Made by a program: the position numbers and the translations under genes. A DNA stretch of 64,000 bases, taken from positions 186,001 through 250,000 of the forward strand of contig MU057487.1 in assembly GCA_013265495.1 (NCBI GenBank). The letters are read 5' to 3'. Shown piece by piece: positions 51,999 to 64,000 of the stretch. Under the pieces are notes generated by a model, which worked only from the letters and a program-made list of their open reading frames with translations, had not been told where the DNA came from and did not search any database. Source of the stretch: Vicugna vicugna (taxonomy: Eukaryota). How positions within the stretch are numbered: the stretch's first letter is position 1; every line of letters begins with the position of its first letter.

Positions 51999-52077
51999 CC
52001 TCCAATCCTCTTTGTACTGGAGTGCCACTGATGCACCAGCGGTTAATCCCACTCAAGCGCTGAGCCATTTCTGCAGC
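51999..52077 (-). CDS. SHPRH: SHPRH exon 11: AAEMAQRLSGINRWCISGTPVQRGLE (motif III SGTP)
   Basis: ccatcag|GCTGCA ... TTGGAGG|gtattg; 79 nt. Confidence 0.95.
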
Positions 52078-52898
52078 CTGATGGGAGAAAGATATGAAAT
52101 AAAACAGAAAGGAAAAAAAGGAAGAAAAATGCAGAAGTCAGCAATATGTTTTCTGAAAACAGCCCACAAAAAGCTATGCTTCAGGTCAGATGCATTTGCT
52201 CTCACTGAACAGTTATCACACCCAATATTGAACATCATATTCAATGGGTTATCTTCTAGTACAGTGGTTCTCATTATCAGGAGGCTGCCATGTGTCCCTC
52301 CAAAGAGGCAAAGTAGTTCCAGCATGTATAGAATGAAAAGGCTCCCTGACTGACTGATACATCCCCAAGACCACCCATCCTCCAGATGGACCATTGTGCT
52401 AATTAAAATACAATTTTAAAATTCAGTTCAGGTTACAGACAGGCCAAAGAAGACAGAATAAAGACATCAGACAAACAGTCTGAATAAAAATTCTATCCTC
52501 TAAAGTAGTATTTTTCTATCACTATTTGGTCTCTCTGATAAAAGGCCAAAGTCATCAGAGCCTATACAATGAGCATTCTAAACAGCAGAAATGCTTATAA
52601 AAGTCCCCAAGTAGAGTTTATTTTGATCTGCATCACATATAAACTGCCATCTTATTCAAATATACATGAGCACTGCATACAGAGTAGTGATTCACAGAGT
52701 ACCAAAATAATTCCTAAGGGTTATGTAGTTCATACACAGGAGAAATGCAAAAATAGTGTTTAAAGAAAAACTTTTAGCCAATGTCAATGTTGTGGGTTAA
52801 CTACACTTAAACTATTACGTTTTCTACAGAAAAACTTCCCCCAGTCCCTTTCCCTTGTCTCTTCCCCAGCCCTCAAAAGATTCTGCAGAAATTCTCAC

Positions 52899-53150
52899 TT
52901 TTACAGCAGGACATTCAACCATCTGGGCTTCATCAAGGCAGATCCTCCACCACTCCACAGCTACTAGAGGGCTGGGAATGGCCATGTAGCGCTTCTGGTT
53001 CCTTAAGCGACGCCCATCCTCACTATTGCTGTGCGGGATATCTACATAGTTTAGCTCTGAACGAAGGACATCATAAGTAATGATAACTATATCCTGTTCT
53101 GCCAAAAAATGAGGCTGTAGAAAGCCATCTTTCTTTACTCCTTGATATAC
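52899..53150 (-). CDS. SHPRH: SHPRH exon 10: VYQGVKK...IVIITYDVL...WWRICLDEAQMVECPAVK (motif II DEAQ)
   Basis: ttcctag|GTATAT ... GTAAAA|gtgaga; 252 nt. Confidence 0.96.
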
Positions 53151-53915
53151 CTAGGAAATAATCAGCACAGACACAGTTGTTACAGCAAGGCACTTTAACA
53201 ATAATCAAAATATTCATTCATTTATACCCTTACTGAGCTCTATTTGTTTAGAAAAAAACATACTATAAGATACATTCCATACCCATCTAGAGAGAGTCGC
53301 ATTTTAGAGTGGAAGACTAATAACATACACAGTGTGAAAGGAACTGTAACAGAAGTGAATGTGACTGCATCACAGAAGAAAAAACAGTTCTATGGCTAAG
53401 AAAGTAAATTCAGAGAAATTCAAACTTGAGTAGATCTGGAAGTACATTTAGGAGTTATCACAGGTGGGAAAAAGGGAAAAAGGACTTGAAGGTAGGTAGG
53501 CAGATGGAATTAATAGCTCGTACAAAAGCACAGTGGTGTGAGGAAGTAGGACAGTAAGAACTATTTACTTGTTATTTATTATTATTCTGTAGGGTTTGCC
53601 TGCCCTACAGAACAGAGCTCCTCTACGACAAAGACGGTGTTTTATGCATTACTGTACCCTCCATGCCTGTGACAGTGGCTGGAATATAGAAACTCCCCAG
53701 TAACATTTGTGTGGAAAGAAGGAAAGAAGAACAAAGTATAAAGAATACTAACATTAGTGAACAATAACATTAAATGACCACTTACTATGCGCCAGCACTT
53801 TATCACATCATTTAATCTTCACAAAGTCTAAGAGAGGATAACATTTTCAGAACTTAGCACAGTTCCTGGCACATAATAGGAGCCCAGTAAATGTCTGTTG
53901 AATAAGTAAATTCTT

Positions 53916-54013
53916 TTTTTTTTTTTGAGTTATGTTTTATTTGGTGGACAGTTCTCAATTCTGAGGACTAAGCCCAGGATGACAGTCTCTCAGATCACTG
54001 AGGGAATGCTCCC
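53916..54013 (-). mobile_element. Short retroposed insert (LTR-R-like sequence) with AATAAA, A-tail and TSD
   Basis: T13 at 53914-53926; tttatt at 53936-53941; 17-bp flanking repeats (15/17 identical) at 53899-53915 and 54014-54030. Confidence 0.75.
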
Positions 54014-54442
54014 TAAATGAGTAAATTCTTAATTTACAGATGGGATAGCTGAGGCTTCAGAGGAAGATTCCAGAGCTAAGAGCTGTAAGAGCATACAAGT
54101 AGCTACTATTGTACAATGCCGCCTTTGAACTGCATTTCTCTCTGAGATTATAAATGCTTATACAAAGACTTTTTCATTTATATGATCAGGAATTTTTTTC
54201 AAAAGCTTTCACATCTTTCCACTCAAAGTGCTTTAACTCCTTATGTCAGAAAAGAATAAACAATCTACTGCTCTTTTTTTATTCTCAATTTCCTCTTCAA
54301 GTTCTACTTTAATGTTATTACCTCATTCAGTTAATTTTGGGGATAAAAAAACAAAGTGACAAAGATCATAACAATTATCAAAATTATCATGAAGCAAAAA
54401 TGTACATTTTCCCATCCTTTTAAGGAGCCCAAACTGCCTTAC

Positions 54443-55102
54443 CAAGACTCGCAGAGAGGAAGATCTCACATGCCTGTTGATTTCATCCACCCACTGATGA
54501 CAAATGGAACTGGGGGAGATGATCAGAGTTGCTCTTGTTGATACTGGCTCCATCGCAACAAGGCAGTGGGGGCAGTAGAAAGGTTTAACCTTCAGATTCT
54601 TCTCTTCATAATTCACACATTTTGCATGTTGCCACAAGTGGCATTTCAGGCACTGAACGCGAGGCTTACGGTCTACCTGGTCAAGCTCACCACATATGCA
54701 CTCAAAGCGGTAATCGGATAAGTCATAGGGACTCATGGTATTAGAATGTGGCATGTCACCACCAGCAGGATTTAGAGATTCAACTTGGTCCTTTGCTGTA
54801 TGTTCTTGTTTGACTTCAAAGATACATGTACTTTCAGGTGTGGTAACATCAGTAATTCCAGAGTCACCAGTAGCTAGACAGTGATCTTGTGAGTTGAGAT
54901 TGATGTTAAGCTGATTTTTTTCCTTCTTTGTGGATGGAACAGGCTTTTTCCTCAATTTATTACGACTTCTCCTGGTCTTATAGTAATAATAATAAGGATC
55001 ATCATCATCATCAGAGGTGTTTGAGGGCAAGTATTCAGAATCCGTGTCCTTGCTCCCTGATTTTCTGGATTCTTTCTGAATTTTCCTTGGACTCCCCACT
55101 GC
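54443..55102 (-). CDS. SHPRH: SHPRH exon 9: low-complexity linker, PHD finger (CICGE...VQCLKCHLWQHAKC...CPHC) and helicase motif Ia (TLIISPSSI)
   Basis: ttcatag|GCAGTG ... GTCTTG|gtaagg; 660 nt; lies in ORF 54323..55099. Confidence 0.96.
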
Positions 55103-55584
55103 CTATGAAAAATATTATTTCAACAGAGTGATATATCTGAAATTAAATGCCCAACTTCATGTGCTCTACATAAAAATCTAAGAGCTAATCTTTGTTACCC
55201 TTCCTCTGAGGAGAACCACTCCTGATCAGTGGCTTTCAAACTGCCCTCTTTCAGAGCTCCCCTCCGTTTGGTCTGCAGGCCCAAAAGCAAAAGAAAGTTC
55301 TACTGCTGTATGATTAAGATTTGGAGTGAATAGATTAGGAAGATAAATTAGAAAGACAGAGGGAGCTACTAATCTTGGTATCAACCTCTTATAATTTACA
55401 GTCTGCCTAGATCAATAAAAGATTGGTAGTTTATAATACGTAAGTATACAAACTAGGGCAATTATAAAAATACCATGTATCAAAATAAAGCATTTAAATA
55501 AAGTAAAAATTAATCTACTAGTTACTGCAATTAGCAAATAAATTTCTTCTTTCTTTCTTCTTTCTACCTGTGTCCCCTCGTGCA

Positions 55585-55920
55585 ATTATCTACTGAATGC
55601 CAATTCTACGCCAGGTAGCACGTTAGATGCTGGGGATACAAATATGAGGAATATTTAGCTCCTGGTCTCAAAGGGGTCTGTTGGAAAAGAGAGAACAGTA
55701 AAAAGTAAAATGATGCTATAGGAATGCATAAGAGGGGTGTATAACAGAAAGAGGCTGTGATGGGAGGTAGGTGCCAGGAATAGCTTCTTAGAAGTGATAT
55801 CATAGCCTAAGTTGAACAGAGGAGTGAATGACATTAACACGGAATGACTGGCATTAACTGAAGGAGATTTTCTTTTTTTTGGTAGCAGAAGAATTACTAA
55901 AAGCACAGAAGTTCATTGCA
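55585..55920 (-). mobile_element. L2 3' fragment
   Basis: tactgaatgcc...gccaggtagcacgttagatgctggggatacaa...gctcctggtctcaa. Confidence 0.65.
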
Positions 55921-56594
55921 GTCTTCTACCCTAGCTGGGGAGAAAATGTTGGAGACTCCCTACTCCAGGAAGTGAGCTTTTTCACCTGCCATTTCTTTCA
56001 CAGTAGCTAAGCTGGTAATGCCACACTCTGACTTACTGTCTTAGTCTTTTCTTGATTTATGTCTGCAAATTTGTAACTATTTTTTTAAAAAAGCAAATTG
56101 AAGTTATTGGCACAAAAGAAGCAGTTTTATAACAAAATATAAAGATTTTATAAGATAATGACATGGGAAAAATGAGAATCTATATAAAAGATTCAAACTG
56201 TATATAAAGAGCTATGCAAATGTAAGGTATCAGTATTTCTAAAGTATGGAATATGCTTTTTAACTGCTGACAACAGCATGAGAATAAGAGAAGTTGTTAT
56301 AAACTATAATATGCTTAATGAACTAATTTTACGATTCATTCAATAAATATTTACTGAGTACTTGATATGTGCCAAGTACTCTTCTCCAGGCTTAATGGTA
56401 ACCAAATTAAGTTTCTACTCTGATGGAACTTACATTCAGGAAATAGAAAACATAAGTCACAGCTGTAAGTGCTTTTCCTAAATTTTTTTTTTAAATCAGA
56501 CTGTAAGAGCTTCAGTGTCAAGGTCAACTTATTCTATTATCTGTCAACTTATTCTGTAAGTCATCACATACGGCTACTTAATAAATGCTGTTAC

Positions 56595-56851
56595 CTGCTT
56601 TTTTGTTTTATCATACATATTCTCTTCCTTGTAATTCTTCCCCAATGTAAAAGTACCAGAAAAACCGTGGCCTTTGATCTGTTTCACAAGACCTTCAAAA
56701 ATCAAACACTTCAGCATCCGTTTCAGAAGACTCCTGTTCCGCTGTACATCATATCTATATATAGAACTGACATACTTATAGATGGAAAGAATGGAAACTC
56801 CTTTTTTCCCATTCATTTCTTTCACAGCTGTCAGGATCATCACACGTGTAG
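56595..56851 (-). CDS. SHPRH: SHPRH exon 8: H15 (linker histone-like) domain, PTRVMILTAVKEMNGKKGVSILSIYKYV...GFSGTFTL
   Basis: catttag|CTACA ... AAGCAG|gtaaca; 257 nt; H1/H5 globular-domain pattern. Confidence 0.96.
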
Positions 56852-57469
56852 CTAAATGTAAAAGGACATGCTAACTCAGTCAATACAATAAAAAGAAAAC
56901 AAAAATCAGTTATCTTAATGTGCACTGAGAACTAAGAAAAAATAAATCAAAGATTTATTAAAGATATGCTGTCTGTGTATCATCATTTTGAAGAACTTAC
57001 AATGAAAATTTATCTCAACACATTAAGAATAAATTACTGTAGTGGAAATAATTTAATGAAGAATTACACTGATATGCTAATCTTACAAATCAACTACCAT
57101 TTAAAATCATATATTAAAAAACTCGCAATTATCTACATATATGCTACCATTAGTAAGAGAAACCTTCATTTGCTAGCAGAATTTGAAGTAGGTACACTTA
57201 AGAATAAACAAAGCCCGGTTTAAACTGTAAGCTAAAGAAATTTAATATAACAAATTAAGCAAAAAAACTACCTGGATCAAGTCAAATCAAAGAATAAATC
57301 TTTACTGCTGTTAAGATACATGCCTCATAATTGAACTCATTTATGCAAAGTATAAACAACTGTAAACACAATTATTCGTAACAATTACAAGGTATCTCTA
57401 GATAAGGACTACAAGAACTAGAACAAAGATCACTGTAAAAGGTTTATCTTCAAGAGATTTCATACTTAC

Positions 57470-57578
57470 GGGGGCACTGAACTTTTTCTTTTGGTTCAAA
57501 TTCCATATTCTGGGTTTCTGTGTTTTTTACATTTTCTCCAGAATAATGTGATGGAATGAAATAATTCACCACTTTTCC
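57470..57578 (-). CDS. SHPRH: SHPRH exon 7: GKVVNYFIPSHYSGENVKNTETQNMEFEPKEKVQCP
   Basis: atatcag|GGAAAA ... TGCCCCC|gtaagt; 109 nt; lies in ORF 57450..57722. Confidence 0.93.
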
Positions 57579-57967
57579 CTGATATAAACAACATTCAGTA
57601 GTCACACAGTGTTTTGCTTTCAGTATTCTGAGCTGCTTATTAAAATTAACCCTCCTTCTATTAAGGAGATGTAAAAAGAGTTGTAAAAAATTATGAAAGA
57701 AAGGGCTAAATATGCTAGTCATACATACAAACTTTATTTTTTATTTCAGGGTTTACAGCTAGCCATCACTTTTAAAAACTGTGCATATTATCTTAAATTA
57801 CCTAAATTTTAAGTGTGGAATTTCTGAAATTAACTTTTTGAGTCTTGTTTAAAATAGTATTAACCCAATGAATTTGCAATAACAATCAAAATAACTTAAA
57901 ATTAACCTATCTAATGAGTAGAAAATCCCAAAAGGAAGTTACTGATAGTTAAAACTCTACTCCAGTT

Positions 57968-57991
57968 AAAACAAACAAACAAACAAACAAA
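57968..57991 (+). repeat. (AAAC)n microsatellite
   Basis: aaaacaaacaaacaaacaaacaaa. Confidence 0.85.
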
Positions 57992-58771
57992 TAATCCTCT
58001 ACTCCAACTCATTTTTCTACAAAGGGAAGAGACATTCCCTACCTTATCCCCTAGTCAAATCTGACAAAGGCTAATTTTGCAAGCTTTACCCTATCAAAAG
58101 ATCACACAACCACTGAAGCTGTGAGCATGGTGGGCCCTACAGGTAATTATAGTTATGCCTTTAACTAGTGGCCTCATTTTGAGAGGATTTAATGTGTTGA
58201 TATCAGATTCCATTATTGGAAAATATGAGCTACAAGCTATATTTGTCTCGATGGAGCTTTTTTTTTCCCCTTATAAACTCTAAAATTTGTATTTTTAAAC
58301 ACAATTATATACTTTGGAACAAGGACTTAGAAGTTTGTTTCATCTGGCAATCTAATTACTAAGCTATTTGTCCTTTAACAAAATCCTAATTATTTGACTC
58401 TAAGATTTACACATCTGAGACTCACATAATTTTTGAAAAATAGCTCTCAAAAATATTTAGTAGTAATAGTGAGATCTGTAGTAGTGACAAAACATTTGAT
58501 GAAGTAACAGAATTTTCCTAAGGGAATTTTCTACCAAATAAAAGGAGAGAGTGTATTTCCTTCCTAGTTGACCAATATCACTTTAAAAAACCCTGCCAGG
58601 CCATGAACATCCCGTTTTCTGTCCCTACTTGAAGTTAACTAACAACTAATATAAATCATTAGCTGCAGAGTAAACTGAAAGTTGACATTAGTGCCAAGCA
58701 AATGCTCGACATATGACGCTCTTTGAGAACATATGTCCCCGCTCTCCCAAGCCCTACAGTACTCCTCCTAC

Positions 58772-58922
58772 CTCAGGAAGAGTGAGAGCATCTTGTTTGA
58801 CATCTTGTCGAGTATGCGTCAGAATCAGAGCCAAAACCTCCACTGTCTTCCCAAGACCCATCTCATCTGCTAAGATTCCACCAAGCAACTGTGGCCCAGC
58901 ATTTGGGTACTGACGGATGATG
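58772..58922 (-). CDS. SHPRH: SHPRH exon 6: helicase motif I ([13 protein letters not shown])
   Basis: ccctttag|CATC ... CCTGAG|gtagga; 151 nt; SNF2 Walker A motif. Confidence 0.96.
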
Positions 58923-59586
58923 CTAAAGGGAAAAACAAGAAAAATACATCGTAGGAATGCAAATAAAAATTATACTGTTCCTAAAGAGAACTGGAAGAAG
59001 TGCATAAAAGTCTAAGTTTTTTAAAACTGTATGTTAGGGTGCAATAATTATAATCCCTAGATCATGAATACAAGAACTGTGATAACCAAAAAACTGCCTG
59101 AGCTGACAACAAAAGCCTGCAGAAACAGAATTGGTACTGTCATCATTTTTTTCTCTTCTGTAAACAAAAGGAAGCATGTCTGCCTTCTTTCTGTGACCTT
59201 TATGAGCCTGTGAATAAAAAAATAAGAATGCCAAGAACTACTGATTCATTAACTATATTTAATGATTCCTAAAACTATTTTATAATAGAAATTAACAAAT
59301 TTAATAAAAAAAACAAAAACTGGCCCATAATGACATTTTTACTTAAAATTATAACCTCTTTAAACATCAGCATCTTAAGTCTATTTTATTGCATTTATTC
59401 ATTGAAAAATGACAAGTGTTATCAATTCCATGTCTATCCTTTTTATAAAAGTATCTTGAAAGACTTTAACTCATTATTCCTTCTTGAGGCATTTCCAAGG
59501 CTGAAGACATATGCTACTAATCTCATATAGATGTTTTTGTAACATTTATTTTTAATATCAAGCCCATAAATAAAGTTTTGCCTTAC

Positions 59587-59665
59587 CAGCCTGTATATGG
59601 ATTGTAGTAGAGTTTCAAACCCTCAGATGTAACAACTTCTCGCCATAGAAAGTGCAGGGCATTTT
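59587..59665 (-). CDS. SHPRH: SHPRH exon 5: (E)NALHFLWREVVTSEGLKLYYNPYTG(C)
   Basis: tttctttag|AAAATG ... GGCTG|gtaagg; 79 nt; phase-consistent. Confidence 0.93.
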
Positions 59666-60399
59666 CTAAAGAAAAATAAACCCGTAAGAACAAGTTTTGG
59701 TTTGTTTTCCTTTCTGCCAGATAACCACATTAAAATAAAAATAAGCTGGCAGTTAGGATACCCTGGGAAACCACATACACATGGGGAAGAGGCTACGCTC
59801 CCTTTCATCCTTTTCTTCAGGTATTATTCTTTGGATTCCTTTGCTTTGGGCACAAATATAAACAAGTGATAAGATGGAAAAAGTACAGAAAATGACAGAG
59901 GATTAAGAGGAAAAGAAAACTAATACATATAACCAAGTCTTACCAAATAAAGGGAAGAAGCTTATCTTTTGTAAATCCTTCAAGAAGTTACCTGAAGTCT
60001 TTAAATACTGCAACAGATACCTGATACTGGGCTAATGCGTTAACTTAAATCAGACCTAACCTTTTATATGGGCCTAAGTGGGAGGAAAGGTTCAACTGAG
60101 GAAAGAATATCTAGAACTGTAACACTGAAGTACTGAATGTATTTCAACCAGAATCTTTCACTATCTTTCCCTTCATATTTTAAGTTGTTTAAATCAACTG
60201 CTAAGTTGGAAGTATGTTCTCTACCCACCATGAAACAGCAAGTCATTTTTTCTTTCCTTCTTTAGGGATTAAAAATGAAGTAGGAATACAGACATATATG
60301 TTTTAGAAAATGAAAAAAATTAAAAGATAAAGAGATTCAATTTATGCAAACCATAGGGAACAGAAAAATTATGAAATTACACATTAGATTTAATCAACA

Positions 60400-61030
60400 A
60401 ATCCAGTCTGGACAAAAAAGAATGAATTACTGATACATGCAGCATGGATGAATCTCAAAGACATTATGTTGAAAGAAGCCAGCTCCCTCTACCTACTCCA
60501 AGCATACGTATTTTCAAATACGTATCTTGTTTCTCAAAAACAGGCAAAACTAATTTACGGTGACTGTGGTTGCCTCCCAAAGGGGCTGAAGCAGAATTGA
60601 CTGGGCAATGATGAAACTTGAGGGGGTTATGGAAATATTTTGTCAGCACTGTATGATAGAAATATTAAAAGAAACAGGAAAAACTAATTTTAATAGTTGT
60701 TTTTATTTAGCCCAATATAATTAAAATGTTAGCAATATGTAATCAATATAAAAATTATTAGTGAGATAGTTCACTTTGTTTTTGGGTACTACTTGAAATC
60801 TGGAATGTATTTTAAACTTATAGCACACAATTTGGACAGCCACATTTCAAGTCTCCAAAAGCATGTGTGACTAGTGGCTACTTTTGGGAATGTCTGATTC
60901 TATGTGTTAACTGAGTTGCTAGTTACACAGATGAACAGATTTATCAAAACTTATCAAACAGTGCCCTTAAGATCTATGCATTTTACTTTATATAAGTTAT
61001 ACGTCAGTCAACTTACATGGTTAAAAAATT
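60400..61030 (+). mobile_element. Old L1M 3' fragment interrupted by a MER33/MER3-like hAT element (about 60646-60890)
   Basis: aatgaattactgatacatgc..catggatgaatctcaaa; inserted gccacatttcaagt...gtgactagtggctac; L1 resumes with tcaaaacttatcaa..gtgcccttaagatctatgcatttta. Confidence 0.6.
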
Positions 61031-62111
61031 TTTTTCATTTTGGAGAAAAAATAACCCAGTCTATGGGAAACTCTGTAGCACTAGCAATTTCTTAAACAAA
61101 TATAAAGAAAAAAACTGGAGAGGATTTAAAAACTGTGGACTAAAATAACAATAAGAGATAGCAACTAATTCCAATATATGGATGTTATTTGGTTACAGAT
61201 CTGGACAAACTATAAGAGAGAGAGAAACAGAGAAAGGGGAGAAGGGAGGAAGAGAGAGAGATTTGGTGATATTAAGGAATTATTGGGTTTTTAAAACCTA
61301 TTATATGTACCTATATTTATTTAAAAGAACCTTTATCTTTCAATGAAATAAACTGAAATATTGAGATAAAATAATAAAATACTATTACTTCAAAAAATTC
61401 AGAACATGGGAGGAGGAGAAAGAAGAAATAATATTGGCTATGAACTGGTATTTATTTTCCAAAATAAAAAGTTTTAAAAAATGAAGTTTGTTGGTTAAAA
61501 AAGTGGGAGAAATAAGAGCTACTCATCATTAATTAAAATAAACCTATATAGGAAGAATGAGAGATAGCCAACACTTCATTTCCTAGAATCATGAAAAAAT
61601 CTCACCTTGTGCCCAACTCTTTAAAGACAGTGAAAAAGAAGTGACCCATAAATCTAGTATCTTATGAAAACACTTACTAGATGACATTTCATTTTATTAT
61701 TTATTTTGTGGCATAAATGTCTCTTACTTTTGTAAATTTGCTTTCTGCCCCTAAAATTCATCATTAAATTGTGAAGCCTCTTACAGATATTAGCAACATT
61801 CCCATTTGGTCAGGTTCCAAAAAGCATTTCTTAATTGGAAAGGTATGTAAAAAATTTCTTGGCTTTTAAAAATTCCAATCAACGTAGTCTTTACTTTGGC
61901 AGGAAAAACCAGTTTAAACTTCTATGGATGAGGAAACTCACCAATGAACTTCTGTACATTTCAAATTTGAAAGATTTCTTAGAAAATAATTTTGCTCATA
62001 GTAATACCCATTCTATCCTATCTTATCAATATGATTTATTTACTGATCAATTTCCCACTCTCATATAAACCCTCTGATCAATTTGCCTTTCTTTAAGCAT
62101 CTTATACTTGC

Positions 62112-62330
62112 CATTAGCAGGAGTACTTCTAAAACGCTCTTGTTGTAGCATCCAATTGACAGCCTCTCTTTGGTATGGTCTCAACACAGGAGTCAGTGCA
62201 GGATGCTGGACATTCACGTGGATGGACTGTGTTTCTTGCTGATGCGTTCGTTTCACAAAGTGATAGAGCTCATCAATGTCCTGTCCCTCTGGCTCACTCT
62301 CTGAATCTTCCTCATCCTCTTCCAACACAT
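62112..62330 (-). CDS. SHPRH: SHPRH coding exon (human-numbered 4): DVLEEDEEDSESEPEGQDIDELYHFV...LRPYQREAVNWMLQQERFRSTPAN; start of SNF2 ATPase region
   Basis: Acceptor tgtacag|AT; 219 nt; LRPYQ motif; ends G|gcaagt (GC donor), required to keep frame with the next exon. Confidence 0.93.
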
Positions 62331-64000
62331 CTGTACATCCAATAACAAATGTACTCAAAACAACGTGATCCACATTTATGACTATAAGCAATTCTTACTC
62401 CAAGAATACACCATGTACTCTCCCAACTCTGGGGCCTTGCTTAGTGTGCTTTCTGACTGGAAGGCCCTATTGTTAGTTCTTCACTGATCAAAAATCTACC
62501 CATCCATCCTTTCTTTATGACAATTCAACTGATTCTTTTTCTATGGCATTTTCTTCTGTTTTCCCTGGTCAGAATTAGTATTCTCCTATGTTCGTGCAAT
62601 AGTATTATACTTTGGATATAGCAATACATTGCAGTCTGTCTGGTAGCACAATCATTTGTGCGTATTCATCCCTTCTCCACTGAACTGAAATGCTCTTTGA
62701 CAGCAAAGGCTGTCTGTTGTTTTTATAGCTCCTCAGAGCAGCTGGCATGTATTTTATCCATTGCAGATATTTAACAATCATCTGAGGAACTGAATGTGAA
62801 TATCTTTTGCAGTTTATAAAAGGATAATTTATTTCACTTTTACATGTTAACATAAAATCTATATGCAGACAAAATTTTCTGTATCTAATAACACAAGGCT
62901 TCTCATTTTATTTCTTACACTAAAAAGCATAGGTATCTGGTAGTAGCAGCAGCCAATCAGAATATTAAGGGCTTAAGCCATCAATATAAATTTGTAAGAA
63001 TTTCAGATTCATTTGTTGGGTACAATTGCCCTGTGGAAGAAGAATCACGCCTATTATAAAAAGAAAAACATTTTCAAACTCTTGAACTCATTTACAAACC
63101 CCTTTAGCCAATGGTTTATTTCTCAATGGTTTCAAATAGGTCTATACATATTTATAGGACACACCTCATATGCTCTAAAATGAAGACTACCACAAAATAC
63201 ATAATTTACTTTTTTCAATTAAAAATATGCCATAAGATTATGCCATGTAAGATTTTCAAAACTTTACAATTAATGTATAGTTATATATGCCTTGTTATTT
63301 CAGACTGTTACTATAGGTGTATAATCTAGTAATAACTAAATTTGAAGTTTTCTCTTGAAACCCTTTGAAGTTTTCCTTTGAAAAGTTCAAATTGTATTAC
63401 TTTTAATAGGCAGAATAATGGAATTCTTATAAAACTCGAGATGTACTTAAAAGCATTCCTTCCAATTCTGAAACCAGTGATTTTCCTTAAGTCTTTAACA
63501 TGCATTTACTATTATTATTATCATGAAGCTTTGCAAAGAACGTACTGCAGAAATAACTCAATAAACAAACTTAGAAACTGATTTCCCAAAGATTCCAGTA
63601 TAAACATGTTCTATAATTTGCACCTGAAGTAAGGCTCACCCACCATGAGCAGGACTTGGAGAATTTGAGCCGTTTTTCCAATAGCGTTTGTTGATGGGCT
63701 GCATCAAGCCATCCACACTCTCCCTTGGGAACCAATGGCAGACAACTCTGAAACTGCAGTCCTGACCAAGGATGCAGCGTCTTGCCAAGAAATAGTAGTA
63801 AAGCTAACTGGTCTTTATGGGGAGCAGGCTCTTGAGATTATTTGCCAGACTGCAAAGGAGAGGTGGAATAAAGGCCAGCCAAGATTATCTGGCCATGACA
63901 AAATAAAAGCACAGGAATAATGCAAAAATTCCAATCAGCTCAGATCCCTTTAAATTCTGCCTATTGACTTCACCAACATTTCTTGAGTACTTACTATAAG

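Noticed and set aside
51928..52353. 141-aa plus-strand ORF (also 30406..30750, 32503..32685, 58713..58913) as antisense genes
   Set aside because: They are antisense shadows of SHPRH exons, with no promoter, splice or domain evidence.
53585..53612. 10-bp stem ttctgtaggg/ccctacagaa
   Set aside because: Short, inside a degraded L2 end, and compatible with chance or a neutral template switch.
56574..56851. Histone H1-like ORF as a separate gene or retrogene
   Set aside because: It is the phase-consistent H15-domain exon of SHPRH.
161..63920. Most 60-140 aa ORFs in the track (e.g. 9120..9440, 10911..11219, 11409..11741, 36287..36682, 38066..38485)
   Set aside because: They are short, compositionally biased and often overlap L1/L2/LTR remnants or simply extend real exons into introns; none shows a recognisable domain.
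62400..64000. SHPRH exon 3 or promoter
   Set aside because: No matching coding sequence or CpG island; the 5' exons lie beyond the window.

Overview
AT-rich, repeat-rich mammalian genomic DNA with no sign of prokaryotic or phage sequence. The window holds most of one known gene on the minus strand: SHPRH (SNF2 helicase / linker-histone H15 / PHD / RING / HELICc E3 ligase, Rad5-like). I traced 27 coding exons from 62330 to the TGA at 7478-7480. Exon numbers 4-30 follow the human model from memory; exons 1-3 lie beyond the right edge. Splice phases join into one uninterrupted frame of 4289 nt, and a 3' UTR of about 1.9 kb follows. Introns carry old L2, MIR, L1M, MLT and MER elements plus a few younger insertions. 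I saw no Alu, B1/B2 or ruminant/carnivore SINEs, and one L1 tail looks camelid-like (tentative). I found no new gene or multi-gene system. The most interesting signals are at RNA level: (1) the 440-nt exon 26-29 circle (circ-SHPRH) keeps the UGAUGA start/stop overlap but has an earlier TAG, predicting 139 rather than 146 aa; (2) a cryptic AG-[10 nt]-GT unit in the last intron copies the start of the terminal exon and would make the circle a stop-free 450-nt ORF; (3) a GC-AG intron; (4) in-frame tandem acceptors; (5) a short retroposed insert bringing a sense poly(A) signal just after the PHD exon; (6) hairpin-associated local duplications. Repeat family names are from recall of consensus sequences and repeat boundaries are approximate.
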